This document shows positions 30,576 through 40,949 of a stretch of 64,000 nt of DNA, piece after piece (within the stretch, counting starts at the first letter, position 1; the number at the start of each line of letters is the position of its first letter). The stretch comes from Candidatus Eiseniibacteriota bacterium (GTDB lineage: Bacteria > Eisenbacteria > RBG-16-71-46): assembly GCA_963707915.1 (NCBI GenBank), contig OY970178.1, forward strand, positions 1,600,001 to 1,664,000. Direction: 5' to 3'. Position numbers and translations under genes: made by a program. The notes under the pieces were generated by a model. The model had not been told where the DNA came from and searched no databases. It saw only the letters and a list, made by a program, of their open reading frames with translations.

Positions 30576-31055
30576 ATGGCTGACGACAAGCTGGTCGCGA
30601 TGCTCAAGTACTCGGTGACAGCGTGGAACAAATCGCGGGCCAGCCGGTTCAGCAGCATGGGTGAGACCGACCTGTCGGGGGCCGACCTCAAGTGGGCCGA
30701 CCTGCGGCACGCCAACCTGAGGGGCGTGGACCTCTCGGGGGCCGACCTCACCGGGGCCAACCTCGCGGAGGCCAATCTCACCGAGGCCGACCTCTCGGGG
30801 GCCGACCTCTCGGGGGCCGATCTCCGGGGGACCAACCTCACCGAGGCCAACCTCACCCAGGCCGACCTCTCGGGGGCGGACCTCCGGCAGGCCGAACTCT
30901 CGCAGGCCGAACTCTCGCAGGCCGTCCTCGCGAAGGCCGACCTGATGGGGGCCAACCTCACGGGGGCCCGCCTGATGGGGGCTGACCTCGCCGGCGCCAT
31001 CTTCTCGAGCGCCGACCTGGTGAAGGCCCGCGGGGTGAAGCCGAAGCCCGAGTAG
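30576..31055 (+). CDS. Pentapeptide repeat protein
   Basis: About 22 A(D/N)Lxx repeats; 15-nt DNA repeats such as gccgacctctcgggg; GAGG RBS. Confidence 0.92.
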   Translation: MADDKLVAMLKYSVTAWNKSRASRFSSMGETDLSGADLKWADLRHANLRGVDLSGADLTGANLAEANLTEADLSGADLSGADLRGTNLTEANLTQADLSGADLRQAELSQAELSQAVLAKADLMGANLTGARLMGADLAGAIFSSADLVKARGVKPKPE

Positions 31056-31514
31056 TTTGGGCGGGGACGGGGCGGGGGGCTTGGGGCGGACGGGCGCCGG
31101 GGAAGATGCGAGCGCGGGCTTCGGAGACGAACCGTTGTCTGAACGGCGCCGGGGCTTGCGTGTGATTGCCGGGCGAATGCGCGATCACGACGCAGGAGGA
31201 ACGGACAATCCTCCTGGAGCGCGCCAATCGGCACTCGGCCCCAGCGATTCCCCCAACGCAACATTGCGCCGCGGCGTTGTGGCCGTCATCCATCCCGAAA
31301 TGGTCGCTGATCACTGCTTCGCAACCCCTTGCGGGACAGGGACCGGAATCCGCGCGCCATGTCCTCAGCGTGTAGCTGGCTGCGCGGGCGAATGCTGACT
31401 TCTGATCACGTCAGACGCAGACGGCTCACTGGTCTCCTGGATCTCTTCCTAGTGCCTCAGTTGGGGCCCGTGCCCGACCACCTCGCCCTCGGCAGCACGG
31501 GCGCCCCCCTCGCC

Positions 31515-33500
31515 CTACTCCAGCACCGCCACGCGTGTCATTCGCACGTTGGTGCCCTGCCGCAGACACACCAGGTAGAGTCCGGGTGCAAGCCGACGAC
31601 CCTCGCCGAGGTCGAGCGAGTGCTGCCCCGCGCCCAGCGAGCCGACCTCGCGCCGGGCGATGCGGCGCCCCGCCACGTCGAGCAGCTCGAGCGAAGCCGC
31701 GGTCCCGCCCGGCAGCGTGAAGCGCACCGTCAGCGCGCCGCCCCGCGAGGGATTCGGGCGCACCTCGCATCGGGCAGCTTCGAGCGCGGGCAGATCGACC
31801 CAGGCCTCGCCGTAGAAGCCCTCGACTCCTGCCTCGACGATCCCGAGCCTGTATCCCACGCGCGTGGCCGTCGCGTCGTCGCGGTCCGTGTACCGCAGGT
31901 AGCCCGTGCCATCCGCGGCGACCTCGCCGATCCGCGTCCACGGGTCGCTCACGGTCGATCGGTAGACCGTAGCCGCGGCGTTCATGCTCCCGCCCGCGAA
32001 CCAGGTGAGCGTGGTGCCGTCCGCGGCCACGTCAACGCTGACGAACGAGAGCAGCACGGGAATGGGGACCAGCAGCCCTAGAGCGCCGTCATGGTTGATG
32101 TTCTGCGCGTAGATGTCGTAGTCGCCGTTGCGCCCGTCCTCCCAGGTGACGATGGCGTCGTTCCCCGAGCGCGACCCGATGTCCGAGGTGAGCCTGGGGG
32201 CGTACTGATCTCCGGCGGCGGTGCAGAGGGCCACGCCGTTGGGCGTCCAATCGACCGAGCCAGAGGGGGAGACCCGCTGGGCGTAGATGTCCCAGATGCC
32301 GCTGCGCCTGTCCTGCCAGGTGACGACGGCCCCGGCCGCGCCCAGACCACATAACTCGTCGGGTACCGGGGCGATGGTGGGGTATGACTGATCACCCATG
32401 GCCCTGCAGAGGGCCACCCCGTTGGCGGTCCACTGGACGGTGCCGTCGGACCAGATCTGCTGGGCGTAGATGTCCCAGTTGCCGGCACGGCGGTCCTCCC
32501 AGGCGACGATCGCATAGCCGCCGAAGTCCGAGACGATGACGGGGCGTTGCTGAGCGCCGGTGGCGCTGCAGAGGGCGACGCCGTCGGGCGGCCACACGGG
32601 CCAACCATCGGCAGAGATCCGCTGGGCGTAGATGTCACCGAAGCCGCCGTTGCGAACTTCTTCCCATGCGACGATGGCCCCATCCGCAGCGTCCCAGGCG
32701 ATCGTGGGTGCGTGCCGACTGCCGAACGCGTAGCAGACGGCCATGCCGTCGGGCTCCCACTGGGGCGCACCGTCGGCAGAGAGCCGTTGGACGTAGATGT
32801 CCCAGTAGCCGTTGCGCCAGTCCTGCCAGGCGACGATGACCCCGCCTGGTCCTACCGAGACGATGCTGGGAGCGCTCTGTTCTTCCACGGCGCTGCAGAG
32901 GGCCACGCCGTCGGCCGTCCACTGAGGCGTACCGGCGGCGGAGATCCGCTGGGCGTAGATGTCCGAGTTGCCGTTGCGCCAGTCCTGCCAGGCGACGGTG
33001 GCCCCGGACGGACTGGCCGGAATGATGGTGAGGTAGGACTGATCCCCGACGGCAGTGCAGAGGGGCACACCGTTGGCCGCCCATTGGACCGTGCCGTCCG
33101 CCGAGATCCGCTGGGCATAGATGTCCGCATTGCCGCTGCGGCTGTCGGACCAGACGACGATGGCCCCGCCCGCGCCGTCCAAGATGATGGCGGGGTACTG
33201 CTGAGCACCGGCGGCGTCGCAGAGGACCACACCATCGGCGGCCCACAGGACCGTGCCGGCGGCGGAGATCCGCTGGGCGTAGATGTCACTGTTGCCGCTG
33301 CGGTCGTCCCGCCAGGTGACGATGGCCCCGCCCGCGCCGTCCGAGGTGATGGTGGGGCCCCGCTGATCGCCGGCGGGAATGGACACCGGAACGTTCACGC
33401 TCGAATCGGACGACCACGCCCCGGCGGCAGGGCGCGGAAGCAGGAGCGCAGGGCCGAGCGCCCCCGCGCAGACGAAGAAGAACGCTGCAGCCTTGTGCAT
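31515..33500 (-). CDS. Secreted 8-repeat (probable beta-propeller) protein with FlgD-Ig/T9SS-like CTD
   Basis: Signal peptide; eight ~58-aa repeats (GAIVxWxDxRxGxxDIYAQRISxxGxxxWxxxGVALC); CTD RPNPSRG...LDVAGRR...GLYLV. Confidence 0.85.
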   Translation of the reverse strand: MHKAAAFFFVCAGALGPALLLPRPAAGAWSSDSSVNVPVSIPAGDQRGPTITSDGAGGAIVTWRDDRSGNSDIYAQRISAAGTVLWAADGVVLCDAAGAQQYPAIILDGAGGAIVVWSDSRSGNADIYAQRISADGTVQWAANGVPLCTAVGDQSYLTIIPASPSGATVAWQDWRNGNSDIYAQRISAAGTPQWTADGVALCSAVEEQSAPSIVSVGPGGVIVAWQDWRNGYWDIYVQRLSADGAPQWEPDGMAVCYAFGSRHAPTIAWDAADGAIVAWEEVRNGGFGDIYAQRISADGWPVWPPDGVALCSATGAQQRPVIVSDFGGYAIVAWEDRRAGNWDIYAQQIWSDGTVQWTANGVALCRAMGDQSYPTIAPVPDELCGLGAAGAVVTWQDRRSGIWDIYAQRVSPSGSVDWTPNGVALCTAAGDQYAPRLTSDIGSRSGNDAIVTWEDGRNGDYDIYAQNINHDGALGLLVPIPVLLSFVSVDVAADGTTLTWFAGGSMNAAATVYRSTVSDPWTRIGEVAADGTGYLRYTDRDDATATRVGYRLGIVEAGVEGFYGEAWVDLPALEAARCEVRPNPSRGGALTVRFTLPGGTAASLELLDVAGRRIARREVGSLGAGQHSLDLGEGRRLAPGLYLVCLRQGTNVRMTRVAVLE

Positions 33501-33637
33501 GACGCGGCCTCCGGGATCAGGGGAATCCATGGGGCGCCATTCTAGCCCACCGGCTCTCCGGAGGACCCGGAGCGGTTCAGGGCGCGGCGACCAATTCAGC
33601 CGCCGCCCCACACGACCGTGCTTCTGCTCGAGCGCGC

Positions 33638-36100
33638 CTACTCCAACCGCACCACACGTGTCGTCCGTGTCACGCTTCCGCGGCTGACCCGAACGAGAAA
33701 GACCCCTGCTCCCGCCCCGCGCCCCCCTTCATCCCGCCCGTCCCATTGCAGCTCCAACGCCGCCGCACCGCCCTCCCCGCTCCACAGCCGCCGCACGCGC
33801 CGACCCGCCACGTCGAAGATCTCCACCGTCCCCCTGCCAACCCCGGCCATCCAGATCCTGAGGCCGACCGTTCCGCGCGTCGGATTCGGATAGATGCCCA
33901 CTTCGAGCCTACTCACAGCGGTCCGAACTCCCTCCACCGTCGTCACCGCCGGCGTCTCCACGCTCGCCGGCAGGTCATACCCGGCCGAGTCCACCGGGAT
34001 CACCACGTAGGCATACGTCAGCGACGTGTCCGCCTCAACGTACACGTACGACGTGTCCGTGATGCCTTCCGCAACCACGATGCCGCCGCCCATCCCACCG
34101 CCTCCGAACGCTCGCTTCAGGAGCGTGTAGCTCGACGCGGCGGCATTCTTCGTCCAACGCACCGACATCATCACCCCGTCAACAAGTACCTCTCCAGCGA
34201 CATACAACACCTTCACCGCGGCATTGCAGGTCTCCTCCGGCTCACTCTTCACGTTTCTCTCGGCGAACGCGGCGTCGACCTCGCCGGAGTACTGGCCATG
34301 GCCGGGTATCGTCTTGTCCCGAAGAATGCCCCTGTAGGCATCGAACGTCCGTCCGCCCGGGGGTACCCGCCCCAGATCGGCAATGGCATCGTACATCCAC
34401 GCATCGATCGCACCCGGCTCCACGTCGTACGGGGGGTTCTGCAACAGGTTTCGAAGAGACCACAGCGCGCCGCTGAACGTCTCACAGGACGTATAGGCGT
34501 TCTCCGCGTCGTACGCCCCGTTGCAGTATTGGCGTCGTGCCTTTGGACTGGCAACGGTGCGCTTCTTGAAGCCGTAGCTCGCCGGAATCTGATCACCGAT
34601 CCACACGTCACCCGTCGCGGCCGCGGTGAAGTAGTCCGCAAAGCCTTCGTCCATTGCCATCCATTCCGTATATTCGGACCGATCGCCTTCCGAGATCAGC
34701 CGCCCTTCCAGTAGCTGGATCACCATCGCATGCCCGAACTCGTGATACACGGTCTCCTGATCGCCGGCAATGCCCGGCATGAGGCAGATCATTGCTCCGC
34801 CGCTACCGTCGGTGTACGGACCCGCCGTCGCGTGCTTGTTCGTCACGTTCTTCGTCGAATTGTTCACTTCCAGCAGCATGAGGCGTAGATGCGGCCGCTC
34901 CAGGCTGCCACTCCAAAACTCATCGTCCATCTTGCGCGCCCAATACAGGGCGTACACAGGCTCGGAGCCGCTCCAAGCAAGTTCATGCGTCTGGCCTGTC
35001 GGAAGCCGTTCCATCCCCTGGCACAGCGATCCCTGACTCTCGCACTCCGGGCCAAGGGGGCGACTGGCATAATCCCGCACCTTGTATTCATCGTTACCGA
35101 GGAAGCTGACGACGCGATCGCCTGCGCACAACGGCGTCGCAAGCGAGAAGCTGCCGTCCGGAAGGGTGCGCGTTGCGTCATGAAACCGACCTGCGCAGGA
35201 GCTGGCCGTCACGTCGAGATCGCCAAGGGATTCGCGTGCGCCGGCCGGCGGCGTGGCACCCATCACGGAGCCCGTGATCGCCTCCGGGTGTGGGGTGCAT
35301 GTGGCCTGCACACGCAGCCGCTTTACGGTGCCATAGCACGGATCGCCAAAGCTGGCGGTGTTCGCGGAAACGGAGCAGCCCGGCTGCCCCAGGCAGGCCG
35401 CTTCGACCACGGAGCGGGACGAGGCGGCGTTACACGATCCGTACGTAAAGCTCCCACAGGTGCTCTCGGGAGTGCCGAAGCTCGCAAAGTCAATACTGGT
35501 GATTGCGTATCCTTCCGGGGCGGTGAGAGTCGCCGTTCCACCCTCGTTCACCTGGGCGCAGATTCGTCGAGTGTGAGGCGGGACAACGTCGACGCGAAGG
35601 TCGATGAATGACGCCACGCCGTTGTCGATTGCGCGAACGGCGAGGACATTGTCGCCCGCCGTGATGATCCCATCCGGCACCTGGGCTTTGAATTCATCCA
35701 GTGCTGGACACTCCGAGTGGGTTGCGCTCATGACCAGTACGCCGTTGACCCACACTTGGGCATCGTTGTCGATGGCCAGGTAGAGCGTGACCGGTGCCTC
35801 CGGGTCACTTGGATCGACTCGAAAGACGCGCCGCAGGAGCACTTCCGTATTGGGGGCCCAGGCGGTGTGAATCGTTGGATCCAGTGGACACCCGGTGGTT
35901 CCCTGGCCGAACGCGGCGACGCCCGTGGCCCAGTTCGAGTCATCGAAGCCTGCCGCATGGAAGCTACCGGCGAGGGGGTCGTTTCGTGGGACCTGTCTGT
36001 AGCGCCACCCTGAGGAGCCGTAGGCGACGACATCCGCCGCCCGGGCAGGCAAACCGCTGCAGACCAGCAATCCCAGCACGAACGCTGTAATCAAGCGCAT
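33638..36100 (-). CDS. Secreted multidomain metalloprotease: galactose-binding-like domain, SUEL lectin, M4/M36-like gluzincin, Fn3-like domain, CTD
   Basis: FDDSNWATG...IDNDAQVWVNG; FASFGTP..CGSF..GSC...CLG...FGDPC.GTVKRL; YHEFGH...MDEGFADYF; IYPNPTRG...WDGRD. Confidence 0.8.
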   Translation of the reverse strand: MRLITAFVLGLLVCSGLPARAADVVAYGSSGWRYRQVPRNDPLAGSFHAAGFDDSNWATGVAAFGQGTTGCPLDPTIHTAWAPNTEVLLRRVFRVDPSDPEAPVTLYLAIDNDAQVWVNGVLVMSATHSECPALDEFKAQVPDGIITAGDNVLAVRAIDNGVASFIDLRVDVVPPHTRRICAQVNEGGTATLTAPEGYAITSIDFASFGTPESTCGSFTYGSCNAASSRSVVEAACLGQPGCSVSANTASFGDPCYGTVKRLRVQATCTPHPEAITGSVMGATPPAGARESLGDLDVTASSCAGRFHDATRTLPDGSFSLATPLCAGDRVVSFLGNDEYKVRDYASRPLGPECESQGSLCQGMERLPTGQTHELAWSGSEPVYALYWARKMDDEFWSGSLERPHLRLMLLEVNNSTKNVTNKHATAGPYTDGSGGAMICLMPGIAGDQETVYHEFGHAMVIQLLEGRLISEGDRSEYTEWMAMDEGFADYFTAAATGDVWIGDQIPASYGFKKRTVASPKARRQYCNGAYDAENAYTSCETFSGALWSLRNLLQNPPYDVEPGAIDAWMYDAIADLGRVPPGGRTFDAYRGILRDKTIPGHGQYSGEVDAAFAERNVKSEPEETCNAAVKVLYVAGEVLVDGVMMSVRWTKNAAASSYTLLKRAFGGGGMGGGIVVAEGITDTSYVYVEADTSLTYAYVVIPVDSAGYDLPASVETPAVTTVEGVRTAVSRLEVGIYPNPTRGTVGLRIWMAGVGRGTVEIFDVAGRRVRRLWSGEGGAAALELQWDGRDEGGRGAGAGVFLVRVSRGSVTRTTRVVRLE

Positions 36101-36272
36101 GGGCAGGATGCTACAGGCTGCTTGGGACATTTCCATTGCGACCCCCGGCGGGCGGTGTGTGAAGCTGCCTTGAGGTTTCAGTATGATCCATACCATGCAG
36201 CGTGCCGTGCGGGTGGGCAGGGGACTGGATCCTCCACCTGCATCAACACTCGGTGGTCAGGTCACTCGCTTG

Positions 36273-39200
36273 TCACCTCACCAGGACGATCCGCTTCGAG
36301 AACCTGTGGCCGCCAACCTCCAGGATGCAGAAGTACACGCCACCGGACACCTTGGCGCCGTGCGTGTCGGTTCCGTCCCACGTCACGGTGGTCACGCCCC
36401 TTGGCATCCAGCCGCGAGCGAGTGCTCGAACGGATCTCCCGGCCACATCGTAGATCGCGAGCATCGCCGAACCATCTTGGGCGAGGGAGTACTGCACGCT
36501 CATAGTTCCGCGGCAGGGGTTGGGCCCAGCCGCGATCAGGCGGGTGGTCACCACTTCGGCCGGTTCTACATCGACCAGCGTGGGACCGGTCAGCCACGGC
36601 CGATAGGTCACGTAGTCCGATACCGGCTGTCCCGTCCCGGCCGGGTTGTAGTCGGGGCTACCCGTGGAGGCATCGAGCGGTCCGGTTCCACTGCCCCACC
36701 AGCAATTCTTCGCCGTGATGAGCCTGTCCGTTGACGCGTTGTACACGGCAACGGCGTTTCCGGAGAAGTCGCAGCGGTAGAGCACCGGAGTGGACGCGAA
36801 CGCGTACACGCCGTACCCGGAAGAGTTGGTCACCACACAGTACGAGAGAGTGGGAGCGTTCGTGCTGTGGAAGGTGATGTTGGCGCCCACGCCGTCGTAG
36901 TTTGTCGCGCCTGCATTCTCGACGACGCAGTACTCCATCTCCGTGCCGGCGTTGAAGTCGCTGCGGTCCCCAAAGTAGATGCCCCTCCAACCGCCCGGCG
37001 AGCCGCTCAACGAGGTGAACCGGATCACGTCCTGCGGGTCCCCCAGCGCGCTGAGTTGGCCGGCATTCGGCCCGCAGCATCCCTCGTTGTAGTTCGCGAT
37101 GACGAGAGCCCCGTACCGGTCGCCCTTCACCAGCACGCCAGGACCGATCGTCAGGGTGGCGTCGTTGAACACAACGGCGGCCCCCTCCAGGACGTAGGCC
37201 ATGGGTACCGGCAGCGCGTACCACACCCGGTCCGCCGTGATGCCGCCATCCACCAGCACGATGCCCGTGCTGTAACCGCTCATCGATTGGATGGAGATGT
37301 CGGAGTTGGGCGATGTCCTGAGCGCGACAGCTCCGTTCCCGACGAAGCTGCAGCCCGCGATCGTGGGCTGCGAGTTACCGTTCAACACGTCCACACCGAG
37401 ATGGCTCCCCGTGTTGAAGGTGCACAAGCTCAGATTCGGTGACGACCCGTTGCAGTACACGTCCGTGGACGCATTGCCCGAGAACGTGACCGCGCTCAGC
37501 GAGGGTGAGGATGCGCTGAGGTACAGCCCATGGCCGGAGCTGTTCCTGACCGTGCATTGGGTCATCCTCGGAACGTTGGTGGAGCGGCACGTGATGTTCG
37601 CGGCTACGCCGTCGAAGTTGAGCTCGCCGGCGTTCTCGATGACGCAGTAGCTCAGGCTCGTTCCCGCAAAGTAGTCGCTCCGGTCCCCGAAGTAGATGCC
37701 CTTCCAGCCGCCCGGCGCCCCCGAGAGCGAGGTGAACGTGATCAGCGAGTCCGCCTTGCCCGTGGCCTTCAGGATGCCCGCGTTGGGCTCGCAGCATCCC
37801 GCGTTGTAGTTCGCAATCACGAGCGCCCCCGCCGGGGCGAACTTCATCAGTACCCCCGGGCCAAGGGTCAGCGTCGCGTCCCCTTTCACGATGGTCGCGC
37901 CGTCGGAGACGTAGGCCATCCCAGGCGCGAGCGCCGTCCACGTGCGGGACGCCGTGATCGCTCCCTCGATGAGCTTGACTCCCCTGGAATAGCCGGACAG
38001 GCCCAGGTTGGTCATCAGGCTTTGGGGAGCCACTCGAAAGGCGTAGTCCCCGGTGCCGATGAAGCTGCATCGGGTCAGCCCCGGCACAGAGGTGTTGGCC
38101 GCGACGTCCACGCCGACGTGCGCCCCGGTCTCGAAGGTGCAATCGGTGAGCTGAGGCGAACTGGTGACGCAGTACACGTCCGCTGCAGCGTTGCCTGAGA
38201 ACGTGGTCGTGCCGATCGGTGGCGACGAGCCGGTCAAGTAGATCCCGTAGCTGCCCGAGTTCCGAATCGTGCAGTGCGACATGGCGGGAACGTTTGTCGC
38301 ATGGCAGGTGACGTTCGCTCCCACGCCGTCGTAGTTCGTCGCGCCCGCATTCTCGACGATGCAGTAGGTCATCTGCGTACCGCCGAAGTAGTCGCTGCGA
38401 TCCCCAAAGTAGATGCCCAACCACCCATTGGCCTGGCCGTTGAGGGACGTGAACACGATCGGCGCAGCGGCCGTACCGGTCGCAATGAGACGCCCCGCGT
38501 TGGGAATGCAGCAACCGTAGTTGTAGTTCGCTACCACGAGCGATGCGCCCGCGGCGAACTTGATGACGGTGCCTGCCCCGATCGTCAGCGTTGCGTCGTT
38601 CGTGACGATCAACGGGCACGTAACGACATAGGGGCTTGACGCGGCCGTGAACGTCGTGTTGGTCGTGATGTTGGCGCAGAGATACGTGGCGGCCTGCACG
38701 TCGACCAGAACCGTATCGGCCTCGAAGCCCGGCGCCGTTGCCATGACCTGCACAGATCCGGCGATGGTAGTACTGGTCCCGCCAACGACCGCCGTGCCGC
38801 TCGCGTCCGTCTGGCAGGTTGAGCCACCCAGAACCAGGGCCGACGCTCCGGAGATGATCGAGAACGTCACCGCGACTTCCGGCACCGCGAACGCAGCGCC
38901 GCCGGCGTCGATGAGCTTCGCGGTCAGGCTCACGGCGTCGGAGCCATTGTTGACGAGTTGTGGCCGGCTCGCCGTGAGGTCGACCCGGCCCGGTGCCGGC
39001 GGCGCGCTGGGGAGGAGCGGCTTCGAACTGATCAGCGAGAACGCCTGCGGGAACTCAAGAGTCCCTTTGTGCGCAACCGTCAGCCGATAACTCCCGGGGC
39101 TCGGCGCCGCAAGGTGGACCTGCTCCACGTTGTCGCGAGTGTTGTCACCCGTGGTAGCTGGCGCCTCCGGACTCTGTGGCGCCAGGACGTACGGAAAGTA

Positions 39201-40814
39201 CTGCGTTGCATCGGAGACTCGTTCAAGCCGGACATCGAGGTCGTTGACGAGGGCAGGTTGCTCCGGATCCAGCGCCGCAGGGGACACGGGCACTCCTGGA
39301 GGGTCCGTCCAGGCGAGCGTGATCCGAAGCGGACCCACCCCATCGCAGTACAGGAACGACTCGACCGTGGCCCCATCGCTCAACTGTGCCTCTGCGATGT
39401 GGGTACGGGTCGGATCGTCGAGCAGCAGCAACTGCGCTGCCTTGTACGAGTCCAGCAGACCCCACCCATGCCGGTAATCCGGGCCTTCCGCCGCGCCACT
39501 CTCTTCCGCGGTCTGGATCAGGATGCCCTTGACCGTCGACGACAGCGGCGCGGTACCACCACGCCGCGATCGGTAGAGCTCGACCAACAGGCCCGCGGAT
39601 CCCGCTGCCACTGGAGCAGCCATCGACGTCCCGCTCTTGAGCCCATAGGCGGTGGGGCCGGTCGCGAAGCACGACGACACGTCCACGCCATTGGTGACCA
39701 AGTCCGGTTTGATTCGTCCGTCGTCGGTCGGCCCCCAGCTGCTGAAGTCGCTCATCACTACGTCAGATGCCATCCCGTACCCGCCAGGGATATCGTCGAT
39801 CGCCCCGATCGTGAGCACGTTCTTGGCGGTAGCACCCTCGGGCACGGTATCAAAGCCATCCGCCCCCCCATCTGCGTGTCGCGCGTACGTGCTCGGAACC
39901 CAGCTCTCGGTAGCATGGTCATACACCTTGTGAAGGCCCCCCGGCCCGGGACCATGGTCGATCCGGTCGTTGCCCGCTGCGGTGACGATCGTGTAGCGCG
40001 GTGCAAGCAGCGCAAGGCTGTCCCATCCCACCGCCTTTTCACCGTAGTAACCGAACAGGTAGTCCTCGACCTGGCTTACTCGAGTGTCGCCGTTCCAGTA
40101 CCACTCTCCGAGCGCCTTGTTCTCCAACCATCCGCGCGCCTTGCTGTAGGAATGATTCGATATCAGGAGCCCTGAGGCGGCAGCCAGCGCCATCTCCGCG
40201 TTGTCGGATTCCCAGCCATACGCCGCCAATGGCGCCGCAAACGACATTCCCTTGGCTGCGGGATTCGTTCCGGCCGCGACCATCGTCCCGGCGACGTGGG
40301 TCGCGTGGTGGCTCACGGTTGACTCCTCGTCCATTTGCACAACGCGCCCACCGAACTCCTGGTGGGCTGTCAGAACGGCGCCTGAGTCCCAGAGTGCCAT
40401 TTCCCCCAGCAGGCTCGAAGCACCGGTAAGACTCAGCCCGTAGCCCGCCCCAGGCCACAGACGGTCCGTCCTGGACGTCTTGGCAGCATTGAGGTTGCAG
40501 GTGCTGTAGTAGACTGGATGCCCACGATCATCCATATACATGAGCTGCCGCCCGCGGACCCCTGCGCCTTCGCTCCTGAGGAGCCGGTAGTAGGCCGCAG
40601 TGCGCCGTGCTTGGAGCTGATTCGCGAATCCGTCCGCCAGCCGGTCGAGCGCGGCTGTTTCCTCCACTCGAGTTGGCTGAGGCGCGAGCCTTGCCGAAGA
40701 GAGGGAGACGGTAGCTCTGCGCTGTGCAGCCGCGGGCCCTGCGATGATGGCTGAAAGCGCGAGAAGGCAGGGCACCCACGTTGTGAGCCGGGGCAGCGGG
40801 CCTGACAGGGTCAT
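36273..40814 (-). CDS. Secreted S8 subtilisin-like serine peptidase with Ig-like domain, parallel beta-helix repeats and CTD
   Basis: WDSG, HATHVAGT, AAGND, GRIKPDL, SGTSMAAP catalytic motifs; three large internal repeats; NCWWG; CTD GPNP...YDVAGR...WDGTD...GVYF. Confidence 0.92.
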   Translation of the reverse strand: MTLSGPLPRLTTWVPCLLALSAIIAGPAAAQRRATVSLSSARLAPQPTRVEETAALDRLADGFANQLQARRTAAYYRLLRSEGAGVRGRQLMYMDDRGHPVYYSTCNLNAAKTSRTDRLWPGAGYGLSLTGASSLLGEMALWDSGAVLTAHQEFGGRVVQMDEESTVSHHATHVAGTMVAAGTNPAAKGMSFAAPLAAYGWESDNAEMALAAASGLLISNHSYSKARGWLENKALGEWYWNGDTRVSQVEDYLFGYYGEKAVGWDSLALLAPRYTIVTAAGNDRIDHGPGPGGLHKVYDHATESWVPSTYARHADGGADGFDTVPEGATAKNVLTIGAIDDIPGGYGMASDVVMSDFSSWGPTDDGRIKPDLVTNGVDVSSCFATGPTAYGLKSGTSMAAPVAAGSAGLLVELYRSRRGGTAPLSSTVKGILIQTAEESGAAEGPDYRHGWGLLDSYKAAQLLLLDDPTRTHIAEAQLSDGATVESFLYCDGVGPLRITLAWTDPPGVPVSPAALDPEQPALVNDLDVRLERVSDATQYFPYVLAPQSPEAPATTGDNTRDNVEQVHLAAPSPGSYRLTVAHKGTLEFPQAFSLISSKPLLPSAPPAPGRVDLTASRPQLVNNGSDAVSLTAKLIDAGGAAFAVPEVAVTFSIISGASALVLGGSTCQTDASGTAVVGGTSTTIAGSVQVMATAPGFEADTVLVDVQAATYLCANITTNTTFTAASSPYVVTCPLIVTNDATLTIGAGTVIKFAAGASLVVANYNYGCCIPNAGRLIATGTAAAPIVFTSLNGQANGWLGIYFGDRSDYFGGTQMTYCIVENAGATNYDGVGANVTCHATNVPAMSHCTIRNSGSYGIYLTGSSPPIGTTTFSGNAAADVYCVTSSPQLTDCTFETGAHVGVDVAANTSVPGLTRCSFIGTGDYAFRVAPQSLMTNLGLSGYSRGVKLIEGAITASRTWTALAPGMAYVSDGATIVKGDATLTLGPGVLMKFAPAGALVIANYNAGCCEPNAGILKATGKADSLITFTSLSGAPGGWKGIYFGDRSDYFAGTSLSYCVIENAGELNFDGVAANITCRSTNVPRMTQCTVRNSSGHGLYLSASSPSLSAVTFSGNASTDVYCNGSSPNLSLCTFNTGSHLGVDVLNGNSQPTIAGCSFVGNGAVALRTSPNSDISIQSMSGYSTGIVLVDGGITADRVWYALPVPMAYVLEGAAVVFNDATLTIGPGVLVKGDRYGALVIANYNEGCCGPNAGQLSALGDPQDVIRFTSLSGSPGGWRGIYFGDRSDFNAGTEMEYCVVENAGATNYDGVGANITFHSTNAPTLSYCVVTNSSGYGVYAFASTPVLYRCDFSGNAVAVYNASTDRLITAKNCWWGSGTGPLDASTGSPDYNPAGTGQPVSDYVTYRPWLTGPTLVDVEPAEVVTTRLIAAGPNPCRGTMSVQYSLAQDGSAMLAIYDVAGRSVRALARGWMPRGVTTVTWDGTDTHGAKVSGGVYFCILEVGGHRFSKRIVLVR

Positions 40815-40922
40815 GATTGCCTCCGAAGCTGTGTACTCCTGATCGCGGCAAATCATCCTCGCGTCTTGCCCACAGGCCCAGGCTGCCGCTATTCGGGGGG
40901 GGAGGCGCGATTCAGAAACGAG

Positions 40923-40949
40923 TATAGTTGACCCCGTCTCGTGGACACC
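40923..40949. mobile_element. Possible orphan IS3-family terminal inverted repeat
   Basis: TATAGTTGACCCCGTCTCGTGGACACC resembles IS3-family ends, recalled from memory. It sits at the edge of the lower-GC island. No transposase is present. Confidence 0.3.

Noticed and set aside
30670..31020. Regular 15-nt repeats considered as CRISPR or VNTR
   Set aside because: They are coding pentapeptide repeats. There are no spacers and no cas genes.
31058..31095. G-tract cluster (possible G-quadruplex) after the pentapeptide gene
   Set aside because: Expected by chance at this GC content, with no supporting context.
32100..33370. ~175-nt periodic repeats considered as CRISPR or DGR cassette
   Set aside because: They are in-frame protein repeats. 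There is no reverse transcriptase, and I saw no adenine-specific variation.
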